Positions 1 to 8,756 of a stretch of DNA of 64,000 nucleotides are shown here, piece by piece (positions within the stretch are counted from its first letter, which is position 1; each line of letters opens with the position of its first letter). The DNA is from a virus: positions 64,001 to 128,000 of IMG/VR virus record IMGVR_UViG_3300019776_000961; one strand, given 5' to 3'. The translations under genes and the position numbers were made by a program. The notes below the pieces were generated by a model, which saw only the letters and a program-made list of their open reading frames with translations, made no database searches and was not told the origin of the DNA.

Positions 1-1
1 G

Positions 2-862
2 CTCGAACCTTATATCTCTAATGCAGGACCTGTAATAAAGAGTCTGCAAGAGAAACAAGATGAGCTTGGTTATTTTATTGCGTGGTTGGGTACAAAGTTA
101 TATGTAGGAATGACTGACAGTGTTTCTATACTCGAACAAGCCACTCTCTTTACTACACAATATGACGCTGGCTTACAATTTGAGCATCATAAACCTGAAT
201 GGACTGATTCGATTAAAAGTGCTTCGACAAAGCTTGAGCTTTTAAAGAGTATTATCGGTGACCGTAGTGATAAGGAAATTATTACTATATGTAATTTGTT
301 CGTTGAAGCAACGCATGAAGCAATTGCCTTAGGCGATCAGTACGATCTAATTATAGAGACACTTAATAAAGTTGACATAGAAGCTGATCTTGAATACTAC
401 GATGACTACAGACTCTACCTTAGATATTGGCCGGAAGTATTTCCTGAAAATGCAAGTTTTCATAGTAGCTTGAGACCATTCTCGGTACTTGAGAATAAAG
501 TAATCAAGTGTTTGTTACAACTCGGTATTGAATTCGACTATGACAGCTTATATCGTAAAAATTACGACTACTATAATTCTTGCATAGATACATTACAAGA
601 ACAGTGCATAGAAATTTGTAAGGTAAAACGCTTACAACAAATAAAAGATGTTGCAGGTGTAAGAGCAGAACAAATAAGAAGCGAAATGGAAGCCTTTGTT
701 GTTAATCTTTCAGCGGAAGAAAAAACACAGCTTGATAACGTTCTACAGGAATTAGTGGATTTTGAAAAGTATTCACAAGCACTTAATGATTTAGTAAGAC
801 TCATTGACGTATTGTCATACTGGCCTGCAGCCTTGCATCCTGCGCCCTCGACAGTATTATAA
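2..862 (+). CDS. Hypothetical protein, 5'-truncated by the window edge
   Basis: The frame of ORF 86..862 is open from base 2 (LEPYISNAGPVIKSLQEKQDELGYFIAWLGTK...), so the true start lies upstream. Predicted helical; no family recognised. Confidence 0.7.
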   Translation, partial: LEPYISNAGPVIKSLQEKQDELGYFIAWLGTKLYVGMTDSVSILEQATLFTTQYDAGLQFEHHKPEWTDSIKSASTKLELLKSIIGDRSDKEIITICNLFVEATHEAIALGDQYDLIIETLNKVDIEADLEYYDDYRLYLRYWPEVFPENASFHSSLRPFSVLENKVIKCLLQLGIEFDYDSLYRKNYDYYNSCIDTLQEQCIEICKVKRLQQIKDVAGVRAEQIRSEMEAFVVNLSAEEKTQLDNVLQELVDFEKYSQALNDLVRLIDVLSYWPAALHPAPSTVL

Positions 863-869
863 GTGTAAT

Positions 870-1637
870 ATGTACGTACATTGCTTCTGGCATGGAGCAC
901 CTCTGTCTCTTCTTGAACGCTTAACTTTAAAAAGTTTTGCACGCAATGGATTCAAAGTTAAGTTATGGCTATATGACACTAATTGTATAGAAGTTGATAG
1001 TTATATTGAAGGTGCAGAAGTATGTGATGCAAACGAAATAATTCCGTTTGAGCGCATATTTAGCTATAACGGTAAAGGTGATTGTCGTAAAGGTAGCTTA
1101 GGTGGGTTTTCTGATCTTTTTCGCTATTATCTAATATATAAACAGGGTGGTATGTATGTGGATATGGATTCAACATGCTTGAGTAATTTTGATACGTCAG
1201 CTGAATATATTATCAAACCACATAATAGTTGTAAAACCGTAGCTAATTTATTAAAGGCACCAGCTGGATGTCAGTTTCTTAAAAAATGTATCGAACTCAC
1301 TGAACAAAACGTAACTGCTGATAATACAAGTTGGATACTACCGGTGAAAATTTTTAATGATACAGTTGAAGAATTTAATCTGCAAAATTATATAGCTCCT
1401 ATAAATTATTTTGGTAATGATGATCCTGGTATATTGACAAAAATAAAAACTGGTAATTATATAGAGGATAAAAATATATTGCCAAAGTATGTATTACATT
1501 GGTGCAGGGAGGCGTCGTTTGGGGTATGGAATTATAAGGAATTGTTTGACTGGTATAACCCAAAGCCTCTTTCTATATATTATAATCTTCTTACAAAGAA
1601 TGATCTTATTAGATCAAGATTAAGACATTATTTTTAA
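870..1637 (+). CDS. Glycosyltransferase, GT32 / DXD sugar-binding family (alpha-1,4-GT-like)
   Basis: Motifs HCFWHG...LSLLERLTLKSF...KVKLWLY and FSDLFRYYLIYKQGGMYVDMD (DxD). Start moved from 804 to the ATG at 870, just after the upstream stop. Confidence 0.85.
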   Translation: MYVHCFWHGAPLSLLERLTLKSFARNGFKVKLWLYDTNCIEVDSYIEGAEVCDANEIIPFERIFSYNGKGDCRKGSLGGFSDLFRYYLIYKQGGMYVDMDSTCLSNFDTSAEYIIKPHNSCKTVANLLKAPAGCQFLKKCIELTEQNVTADNTSWILPVKIFNDTVEEFNLQNYIAPINYFGNDDPGILTKIKTGNYIEDKNILPKYVLHWCREASFGVWNYKELFDWYNPKPLSIYYNLLTKNDLIRSRLRHYF

Positions 1638-2225
1638 TTGTGTACGCAAATCACCGTAAAATTCATACGGCAGATCATCGTTATTGTGATTGAGCTTTTT
1701 AAGCAATCTTAATCCCTTTACTGCAAGATCAGGATGCAGCAACATATTATATCCTTGTACAGTAAACGTTTGTTCGCACAAAGGTGTATCAATTCTTCGG
1801 CCATTATTGCGCGCAAGTTTGAACCACTCATATGCTTCGTAAGAATCGGTCAATATAGCACCGCCGCGACCTATCTTCAAATGCTTTTTGTAATGAAAGG
1901 ACAAGCACATATTTGTACCTGAGTTATACATACCACTTGTAAAGCGTTTGGCAGAATCAATAACGTTTGTAGGCTCGATTTTATATATTCCTTGCCAGTC
2001 GATATCCTTGTAACTGATAGTTATGCCAATATTCATTGCTGCCATAGCAACACCGACATACGTATTAGCAGGTAGAGTGATCTGCTTTACATTACTATAC
2101 TTTAAACTTAATAGAAGTGCACTCGTACAGCTATCTACACAAGCAACATACGGAGCACCGGTATATTCAGCGAGAGCCTTTTCAAATCGCTCGACTTTTT
2201 TATACTCTTTAAGTAGATTTATCAT
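1620..2225 (-). CDS. DegT/DnrJ/EryC1/StrS-family PLP-dependent sugar aminotransferase, short form
   Basis: VERFEKALAEYTGAPYVACVDSCTSALLLSL, IDSA and SFHYKKHL..GRGGAILTD (PLP lysine) motifs. Likely start MINLL at 2225, with AAGGA 7 nt upstream. Confidence 0.85.
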   Translation of the reverse strand: MINLLKEYKKVERFEKALAEYTGAPYVACVDSCTSALLLSLKYSNVKQITLPANTYVGVAMAAMNIGITISYKDIDWQGIYKIEPTNVIDSAKRFTSGMYNSGTNMCLSFHYKKHLKIGRGGAILTDSYEAYEWFKLARNNGRRIDTPLCEQTFTVQGYNMLLHPDLAVKGLRLLKKLNHNNDDLPYEFYGDLRTQLKIMS

Positions 2226-2260
2226 TGATATTTCCTTATAATACATATAACCTCTTTTTT

Positions 2261-2761
2261 ATGCAACTTATTCCTTTCGACTCTACAAATAATCTACATG
2301 TCGACATTACGTATGAAATTTTGCAGAAAAGATTTGATACCGATTATATTAATATTCAGGATTTCGTTTTGCCCACGCGTGAACAACATATCACTAATAT
2401 ATTAAGTGATAGATACAAGTATTACTACTTAATTGAGTATGATAATTACATTATCGGTATAATTTATATTATTAATCCGAATAACGAGCTTGGCTTCTTC
2501 TTACACGCGATAAATGCAACGACAGCATATCGCAAGAATAAGCACTATCTATATAAAGAGATTGAGAATGTACAACCTGGAGATTCAAAAATTAAAAAGG
2601 TAATATACTTTTATATCAAATCAGCATTTAATAAGTTACGTGAAATGCATCCGGAGTTGACTAAGCTCACATCTAAAGTAAATGTTAATAACGAAGTAAG
2701 TCGTGAAGGTACTGAATATATAGGGTTTAAGCCAAAACATATTTACTATGAGTTTGAATAA
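2261..2761 (+). CDS. GNAT-family N-acetyltransferase (RimJ/PseH-like)
   Basis: YYYLIEYDNYIIGIIYI...ELGFFL and the C-terminal KVNVNNEVS...IGF pattern. Divergent from the aminotransferase gene; start MQLIPF at 2261. Confidence 0.6.
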   Translation: MQLIPFDSTNNLHVDITYEILQKRFDTDYINIQDFVLPTREQHITNILSDRYKYYYLIEYDNYIIGIIYIINPNNELGFFLHAINATTAYRKNKHYLYKEIENVQPGDSKIKKVIYFYIKSAFNKLREMHPELTKLTSKVNVNNEVSREGTEYIGFKPKHIYYEFE

Positions 2762-3587
2762 TATACTACCTATCTGTTACCGGTGTGATAATAAATACAA
2801 GGACTTTCTGCTCACATCTATCCGCTCGGTACTCAAATATTATAAGGGTGATAGGCTAATTAAATTCTATATATGTACGAATGATGATTTGAATCTCGAT
2901 GAACTCGTGCTTCTTAAACATAGATACACGTTTGAATATGAGATAATTAGTGTTAACAGTGATTTTCTTAACAAACACAATATTACTGGTGACCATGCTG
3001 CAGCTCTTTTGAGAAAATTTATTGGGTTTAGCTCTAATACTCTTGCAACCGGTGAGCATAATAAGATCTATACTTTTAATCCCTTTAATAGAAGTAAATT
3101 CATTGTTGCTCTTTGGGTTTTGTTTATAATAACTACAGAACACGAGAAAGTACTATTTCTTGATACTGATACCCTTGTTGTAGATGATATTACAGAGCTT
3201 TTTGAAACTGATGTCAGTAATTACTGTCTTGCGAGTTGTAAAGATTGGATAGACACGAATATTTTTAATCCTTCGGTATCTGTTATTAATATTAAGCGAG
3301 CTAAACAATTATATCTTAAATTCTGTCTACAAATTTCGAAGAAACTGTTGACAAGCGTCTTTACATCACAGAAACCGTTTTGTGATGTCTTTCAGAATGA
3401 TATTATCAATAAGGTTGTTGGTAAAGAATGGTTAGTGCTCAGTCAAGCATGGAATATGCCTGTGACACACATTGATTACTACGATGTAGAACCAAAGATC
3501 TATCATTTCTGTGAATCATGGCGCGGTCTTACCAATGTATCATCTGCTTATACAAAGCTTGTAGCTAAATATCTCACAGAAGGTTAA
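2748..3587 (+). CDS. Glycosyltransferase family 8
   Basis: VLFLDTDTLVVDDITELF (DxD), FNPSVSVIN, QNDIINKV...WN and PKIYHF are the GT8 motif set. Confidence 0.85.
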   Translation: MSLNNILPICYRCDNKYKDFLLTSIRSVLKYYKGDRLIKFYICTNDDLNLDELVLLKHRYTFEYEIISVNSDFLNKHNITGDHAAALLRKFIGFSSNTLATGEHNKIYTFNPFNRSKFIVALWVLFIITTEHEKVLFLDTDTLVVDDITELFETDVSNYCLASCKDWIDTNIFNPSVSVINIKRAKQLYLKFCLQISKKLLTSVFTSQKPFCDVFQNDIINKVVGKEWLVLSQAWNMPVTHIDYYDVEPKIYHFCESWRGLTNVSSAYTKLVAKYLTEG

Positions 3588-4438
3588 AAACCCATATATT
3601 GCTTTCTTAATCCGTAGAAATTATCTATATCGTGCTCAAGTAATTTCTCTAGATCTTCCCTACGGTATGTATGTGCAGAGCAAAACGCTTGTATTTTGTT
3701 ATAGAAAGTAAATAATTCGCTAAGTTCAATATTAGCATTAAATTTATCGTTTAGATAATTAGTAGTACGCATCATACTAACAGGGTCAGACATAAATCCA
3801 ACAAAATCATTATTACCATTTATTATATTCGTTTGTCTGTAACAATTTTCATCGGTTTCTACTTTTTCATCTATTACAAATACTCCTTTTGCTTCTATAT
3901 ATGCATCAATATATTCTTTAAGATCAACAATATGATTATCTGCGTCGTTAGATGAAAGAAGGTTTAATTGTTTACCATAATATTGAACAACTTCTTTATA
4001 TAGTCGCGGTAGAGCAACACCGCAACCGAGAGCTTTCATAAAGAAATACATTTCATAAGCACGATCTACTGGGTGAATAATCGTACTAATAATAAAGTCA
4101 TCTTGTTGCTTATAAATGCGTTCAGTATTTAAAATTCCAAGTACCATATCTGTTTCACTACGAAACTGCTCATCGAACACAATGTAATTCTTACCATTTT
4201 CATGATGCATGAGTGTTTTATTTCTTAAAGCATCGTCAAAGGATTTATGAAACTCACATTTACTATTTAAAGACTGATATGTAGCAGAGAGTGCCATATA
4301 ATACCACTCATCAGGTGTTTCTTTATAATAAAAGTCTATCGTCTTACCACGAGGTCGGTATCTCTCCGGGTTACAATTAAAGAGTTTATTAAAAAAATAC
4401 GGATAAAACCTATTAGGCTGCGCAGCGTATATAACCAT
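3584..4438 (-). CDS. Sulfotransferase-like protein, paralogue 3 of a tandem triplet
   Basis: ISTIIHPVDRAYEMYFF resembles the 3'-PB motif (TxxRxPxxRxxSxY); FVGF and D...FY in the C-terminus. Clearly homologous to the two upstream genes. Confidence 0.5.
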   Translation of the reverse strand: MVIYAAQPNRFYPYFFNKLFNCNPERYRPRGKTIDFYYKETPDEWYYMALSATYQSLNSKCEFHKSFDDALRNKTLMHHENGKNYIVFDEQFRSETDMVLGILNTERIYKQQDDFIISTIIHPVDRAYEMYFFMKALGCGVALPRLYKEVVQYYGKQLNLLSSNDADNHIVDLKEYIDAYIEAKGVFVIDEKVETDENCYRQTNIINGNNDFVGFMSDPVSMMRTTNYLNDKFNANIELSELFTFYNKIQAFCSAHTYRREDLEKLLEHDIDNFYGLRKQYMGF

Positions 4439-4439
4439 A

Positions 4440-5288
4440 TTAAAATCCCATATATTGTTTTCTTAGACCATAAAAATGCTCTACATCATCAGCTAAGAGT
4501 TTTTCTAATTCAGAGCGACGGTAAGTATTAGCAGCACAGAATTGTTGTATCTTTTTATAGAAAACAAATAACTCATTATGATCAATCTTGGTGCCGAATT
4601 TATTATTTAAATAAACGGTGGTACGCAATATACTTACAGGATCTGACATAAACCCGACGAAGTCATTATTACCTCCGATTATATTTGTCTGCTTGTAGCT
4701 ATTTTCATCTATCTGTACATTGTCAATAATGGAAAACACTCCCTTTGTTTCAATATATGCATCGATAAAGGTCTCAAGTGTGGCTGAATTATCATCGTCT
4801 TCATGAAGGCTTAACTGCTTCACGTAAAACTGTATAATATTTTTATGCAACAATGGAAGTGCTACACCGCTCTTTAAAGCATTTATGAAAAAGCATAGTT
4901 CATATACACGATCAATAGGATGAATGATAGTGCTTATAATGAAATCGTCTTTTTGCTTATAGATGCGTTCGGTATTCATTATACCTAAAACCATATCAGT
5001 CTTGCTACGAAACTCTTCATCGAAGTAAATGTAGTTTTTACCGTTTTCATGGTACATTAGTTCCTTATCATTAATAACATCATTATACGACCGGTGATAC
5101 TGACACACACTCTCTAGGGTTTGATAAGAACCAGTAAAGAGTGACATTGAATACCATTTTTCTGGTGATTCTTTGTAGAAAAGATCTACAGTTTTACCAC
5201 AAGGTCGATACTTTGCTGGATTACAATCAAAGAATTTTTTGAAAAAATATGGGTAAAAACGATTTGGCTGCGCTGCGTATATAATCAT
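4440..5288 (-). CDS. Sulfotransferase-like protein, paralogue 2 of a tandem triplet
   Basis: Same N-terminus (MIIYAAQPNRFYPYFF), ISTIIHPIDRVYE motif and C-terminus (KQYMGF) as its neighbours. Confidence 0.5.
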   Translation of the reverse strand: MIIYAAQPNRFYPYFFKKFFDCNPAKYRPCGKTVDLFYKESPEKWYSMSLFTGSYQTLESVCQYHRSYNDVINDKELMYHENGKNYIYFDEEFRSKTDMVLGIMNTERIYKQKDDFIISTIIHPIDRVYELCFFINALKSGVALPLLHKNIIQFYVKQLSLHEDDDNSATLETFIDAYIETKGVFSIIDNVQIDENSYKQTNIIGGNNDFVGFMSDPVSILRTTVYLNNKFGTKIDHNELFVFYKKIQQFCAANTYRRSELEKLLADDVEHFYGLRKQYMGF

Positions 5289-5289
5289 A

Positions 5290-6162
5290 TTAAAAACCCA
5301 TAAATTGTTTCTTTAGACCGTTATAATGTTCAATATCATTTTCCAAGAGTTTTTCTAAATCTTTACGACGGTATGTATGTTTATCGCAAAACTCCTTTAT
5401 TTTTTTTGAAAACACTAATAGCTCATCAACTCGTACTCCTAAGTTAAACTTTTGATTAAAAAAGTTCACTGTACGTAGTATGCTTACAGGGTCGGTTATA
5501 AAGCCTATGAAATCATTATTACCACCTACAACATTTACTTGTCTATAATTGTTTTCATCAGTTGTGATTTTATCATAAAGCTCGAACACACCTTTATTCT
5601 CAATATAGGCATCAATATATTCTTCTATTGTTATGAGTTGATATACTGATCTAAGTGATACATCACGATTTTTTGTTGTGACACCTAGTTTCTTACCGTA
5701 AAATTTTAAATCCTCTCTTGACATTTGTGGAAGTGCCTTTCCACATGATATTGTTGTCATAAAATAATACATTTCATAAACTCTATCTACTGGATGTATG
5801 ATTGTACTGACAATAACGTCGTCTTGTTCTTTATAAATTCTCTCTGCATTCAATATACCAATAGTCATATTATGTTCACTACGATGTCTTTCATCGAAGT
5901 AAATATAATTCTTACCATTTTTATGGAGAAGACGTTCTTTATTGTTAAATGCATCAGTAAACGATTGATGAAATGTGCATTCACTTAGATTGACATCAAC
6001 AAGGGGTTCAATAAGCGGTATGTTGTACCACTCATCAAGCTCCTTTTTATATAAAAAGTGAAGCGATTTACCACAGGGACGATATTTGTCACGTATATCA
6101 TTATAAAACTTACCGAAAAAATAAGGATAAAAACGATTCGGCTGTGCAGCGTAGATTATCAT
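5290..6162 (-). CDS. Sulfotransferase-like protein, paralogue 1 of a tandem triplet
   Basis: True start is MIIYAAQPNRFYPYFF at 6162, matching the paralogues; the 353-aa ORF call is over-extended. Contains VSTIIHPVDRVYEMYYF and ends KQFMGF. Confidence 0.5.
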   Translation of the reverse strand: MIIYAAQPNRFYPYFFGKFYNDIRDKYRPCGKSLHFLYKKELDEWYNIPLIEPLVDVNLSECTFHQSFTDAFNNKERLLHKNGKNYIYFDERHRSEHNMTIGILNAERIYKEQDDVIVSTIIHPVDRVYEMYYFMTTISCGKALPQMSREDLKFYGKKLGVTTKNRDVSLRSVYQLITIEEYIDAYIENKGVFELYDKITTDENNYRQVNVVGGNNDFIGFITDPVSILRTVNFFNQKFNLGVRVDELLVFSKKIKEFCDKHTYRRKDLEKLLENDIEHYNGLKKQFMGF

Positions 6163-6215
6163 TTCACAATTAATTATCACTTGCTGTAAGGAAATAAAGA
6201 TGTAAATATTTTTGT

Positions 6216-6431
6216 ATGGAGAATTTTGATAAATTTGCGGATGACTTTTTTGATGGATCGAAACCATGTCCCGATGCAATACCATTCTGCACACAACTCC
6301 GTGCCAAGTATCAAGAGGAGATATCCAAGCTCGGCAATGGATGCGCTTCATGTCAAGTTTCGCAGATTAGAGTGAAATATATTACCGATCTATGGCAAAA
6401 TTATATTAAGTCGCTCGTTAATAAAGCATGA
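6216..6431 (+). CDS. Small cysteine-containing hypothetical protein
   Basis: 71 aa with PCP, C and CASC residues; TAAATA 7 nt upstream; ATGA overlap with the next gene. Confidence 0.7.
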   Translation: MENFDKFADDFFDGSKPCPDAIPFCTQLRAKYQEEISKLGNGCASCQVSQIRVKYITDLWQNYIKSLVNKA

Positions 6432-6760
6432 ACTATATCATATTATACACTCTTGGTCTCCTGTTTACATGTAATGCATGTTTAATTTGGTTTTATAGTC
6501 CCCTTAAAATTACACTCGGTCAATTTCTTTTTGATAAAGACCTGTATACAGTTGAGCAATTTGAAACACGCTTGCTTATTCGTAATGCCTTTTTAGGTAA
6601 ACTGTTGAGCTGCTATATATGCTTCTCGTTCTGGGTGTCACTCTTTATCGGTATAGTATTTGCACTCTTAAGTCTTGTACCCATTTGGTTTATAGCTGTT
6701 ACAGCAGGTACATATCCCTGTCTTTGTTATCTTTATAAAACTATTGTCGACAAATCTTAG
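6428..6760 (+). CDS. Membrane protein, DUF1360-like
   Basis: Three hydrophobic segments; LGKLLSCYICFSFWVSL resembles the LLxCxxCxxxW motif of DUF1360. Confidence 0.55.
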   Translation: MNYIILYTLGLLFTCNACLIWFYSPLKITLGQFLFDKDLYTVEQFETRLLIRNAFLGKLLSCYICFSFWVSLFIGIVFALLSLVPIWFIAVTAGTYPCLCYLYKTIVDKS

Positions 6761-7217
6761 CGAAAGAAGTATAGTATTTGCAGAACTTCGTTAGATATGT
6801 GCGCACAAATTGTCTAGCATCAATTTCAAGACGGTTTCTATAATATGCGTTTGTATTATTCAATACATCGTCTTCTGTGTAGTCTATTTCTCGTACCCCG
6901 ATTTTATAGATATTAGACTGCATCCAATGTCTGAATTCATGAAGGATATGATCAAATATTTCTCTGTGTTGTCTTGTTAGACTATCGCCTGAATAGTAGG
7001 GCTTGTCGCAGAGGTAGATTTTATTAGTTCTAAAGTGATACTCGCTACTTTCTGCCTCTCTTACTTGTATTACAATATTAATAACACGCACCTTTACTGA
7101 GGGGTGTACTTCTGAGATAAGTAGAGAAAGTGCAGAGCTCAAAGCTGTTAGATCGATCTTGTGATTGCGGAGCCACTTTTTCGACTTCCTTGTTGCTGTA
7201 AGATTATAGATATTCAT
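6741..7217 (-). CDS. Putative zinc metallopeptidase-like protein (HExxH)
   Basis: HILHEFRHWMQ followed by YYRNRLEIDAR (candidate third ligand Glu). Start reset to MNIYNL at 7217. Confidence 0.55.
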   Translation of the reverse strand: MNIYNLTATRKSKKWLRNHKIDLTALSSALSLLISEVHPSVKVRVINIVIQVREAESSEYHFRTNKIYLCDKPYYSGDSLTRQHREIFDHILHEFRHWMQSNIYKIGVREIDYTEDDVLNNTNAYYRNRLEIDARQFVRTYLTKFCKYYTSFAKICRQ

Positions 7218-7228
7218 ATAATTTGATA

Positions 7229-7256
7229 TTGCATTTGTAAATTGCGCATGTATTAT
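7229..7256 (+). promoter_or_regulatory. Sigma70-like early promoter
   Basis: TTGCAT-N16-TATTAT, then 6 nt, then ATG at 7263. Confidence 0.55.
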
Positions 7257-7262
7257 ATCTTT

Positions 7263-7472
7263 ATGTTTATCGAACATTATAACGCCTACATCATCAATAG
7301 CACTACGAAAAATGTAAAAAAGGTAAAGGTTAAGGCCGATACTGCCATTATTGCTCATAAGAAGGCTATGATGGATACAAACGCAATCTCCGAGGAGATT
7401 ACCAAGATCACGGACAGTCAGGGGGTAGCAGTTTATACCCTCAAGGATGGCTTTTTAGAGCCTGCAGCATAA
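7263..7472 (+). CDS. Hypothetical protein
   Basis: Start MFIEHY at 7263, directly downstream of a TTGCAT-N16-TATTAT box. Confidence 0.65.
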   Translation: MFIEHYNAYIINSTTKNVKKVKVKADTAIIAHKKAMMDTNAISEEITKITDSQGVAVYTLKDGFLEPAA

Positions 7473-7482
7473 TATAGTATAT

Positions 7483-7671
7483 ATGAACAAAGAAGACGAA
7501 CAGTTGTCAACTGATCTTACGGTGGCAGATCTTAAGGTTATTGTCGCTTTAATAGAAGCATGCTCCACGCGTGGTGTTTTTAAGGCGAATGAGCTTTCTA
7601 TTATCGGCAAAGTTTTTGATAAAATTGTTGCTATATTAAAGCCTCTAGAGAATGAAAATAAAGGGAATTAG
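7483..7671 (+). CDS. Small hypothetical phage protein
   Basis: 62 aa with an RGVFKANELSIIGKVFDKI pattern typical of small T4-like phage ORFs; lies in an operon. Confidence 0.7.
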   Translation: MNKEDEQLSTDLTVADLKVIVALIEACSTRGVFKANELSIIGKVFDKIVAILKPLENENKGN

Positions 7672-7837
7672 AAACTTAGAAATAGAAGATAGAGGTAACG
7701 GTAAATATAATATTATAGTTGACTACACAACAGAGTTTGAAGATATTGTAAAGACAGCTCTAGGAAAAAAGCGTGTAACAAAAAAAGATATATTGACATT
7801 TATAACCGACGCTATTAAACTTATTAAAAATGCATAA
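7652..7837 (+). CDS. Hypothetical protein
   Basis: 61-aa ORF overlapping both neighbours in a tightly packed operon. Confidence 0.6.
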   Translation: MKIKGIRNLEIEDRGNGKYNIIVDYTTEFEDIVKTALGKKRVTKKDILTFITDAIKLIKNA

Positions 7838-8063
7838 TATAAGCCTGACAAGAACGCATACCACAGGTAACGGGTCCCTGCATGTTGAACTCTCAATTAA
7901 TGGTAAAGATGTAGGACTACTGTATCTTACTCAACAGGAAGCAAGTATTTTAGTAAATACACTCAAACACGGTATACAAGATGGTGGAGCCCGTGTTGTA
8001 TGTGATTTGAGTGAAGAAGAGTATTTTGATTACAATACTGATATTTACGACGACGAACTTTAA
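7830..8063 (+). CDS. Hypothetical protein with acidic tail
   Basis: 77-aa ORF in the operon, ending EEEYFDYNTDIYDDEL. Confidence 0.6.
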   Translation: MHNISLTRTHTTGNGSLHVELSINGKDVGLLYLTQQEASILVNTLKHGIQDGGARVVCDLSEEEYFDYNTDIYDDEL

Positions 8064-8066
8064 TTA

Positions 8067-8756
8067 ATGATTACATTTGATCCAGTAAGACACCAATATA
8101 AGAACGATTTTACTGGTGAGCTATATACTTCAGTAACTACTCTTCTCGGTAAATACAAAAAGCCGTTTGATTCTGTTACTGCCGCTGAGCGTGTAGCAAA
8201 GCGTGAGGGCAAGACAGTAGAAACTGTACTTGCAGAATGGAAGACGCTTAATACTGCTAGTCAAGAATACGGTACCCTTATTCATAGTATTATAGAAGAC
8301 TATAATAAAGAGCAAAAAATTCGTAAAGGTTACGAGGATTTAATCACGTCATATAATGCCCTCGGTATCTTAGATGTTTGGAATGACACCTTGTATAGTG
8401 AGAAACTGTTACATCTACATTCTTACAAGCTAGCGGGTACTGCTGATATTATTCGCGATGAAGGTAAAGGTGGATTTAGCATCTTTGATATTAAGACAAA
8501 TAAGAAATTTAACTTCTTTAGTCAATACAATGAAAGATTGCTCTCACCTCTTGATCACCTTACAGCATGTGAATTTACTTCTTATAGTCTGCAACTTTCT
8601 CTATATGCTCTTATGTATCAAAATCTCACCGGTAGGCATTTGAATCAGTTGGGTATATTCTATTATGATCGTGAGTCTTTATCGTTTAAATACTATCCAG
8701 TTGTCTATATGAGAACTGACGTAATAAACTTACTGACTCACTATGCAAAGAGTTAA
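8067..8756 (+). CDS. PD-(D/E)XK exonuclease, RecB/Cas4-like
   Basis: SVTTLL, GTLIHSIIEDY, SEK...AGTADII...IFDIKT and YSLQLSLYA motifs. Confidence 0.85.
   Translation: MITFDPVRHQYKNDFTGELYTSVTTLLGKYKKPFDSVTAAERVAKREGKTVETVLAEWKTLNTASQEYGTLIHSIIEDYNKEQKIRKGYEDLITSYNALGILDVWNDTLYSEKLLHLHSYKLAGTADIIRDEGKGGFSIFDIKTNKKFNFFSQYNERLLSPLDHLTACEFTSYSLQLSLYALMYQNLTGRHLNQLGIFYYDRESLSFKYYPVVYMRTDVINLLTHYAKS

Noticed and set aside
6163-6351. N-terminal extensions in the ORF track (5290..6351, 804..1637, 6741..7358, 23368..24360, 47712..48236, 49504..49905)
   Set aside because: Paralogue alignment, overlap with neighbouring genes and promoter positions all point to downstream starts.
8067-8756. Cas4-like gene as a sign of a CRISPR-Cas locus
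   Set aside because: No repeat-spacer array or other cas gene was seen, and the Fe-S cysteines are absent.
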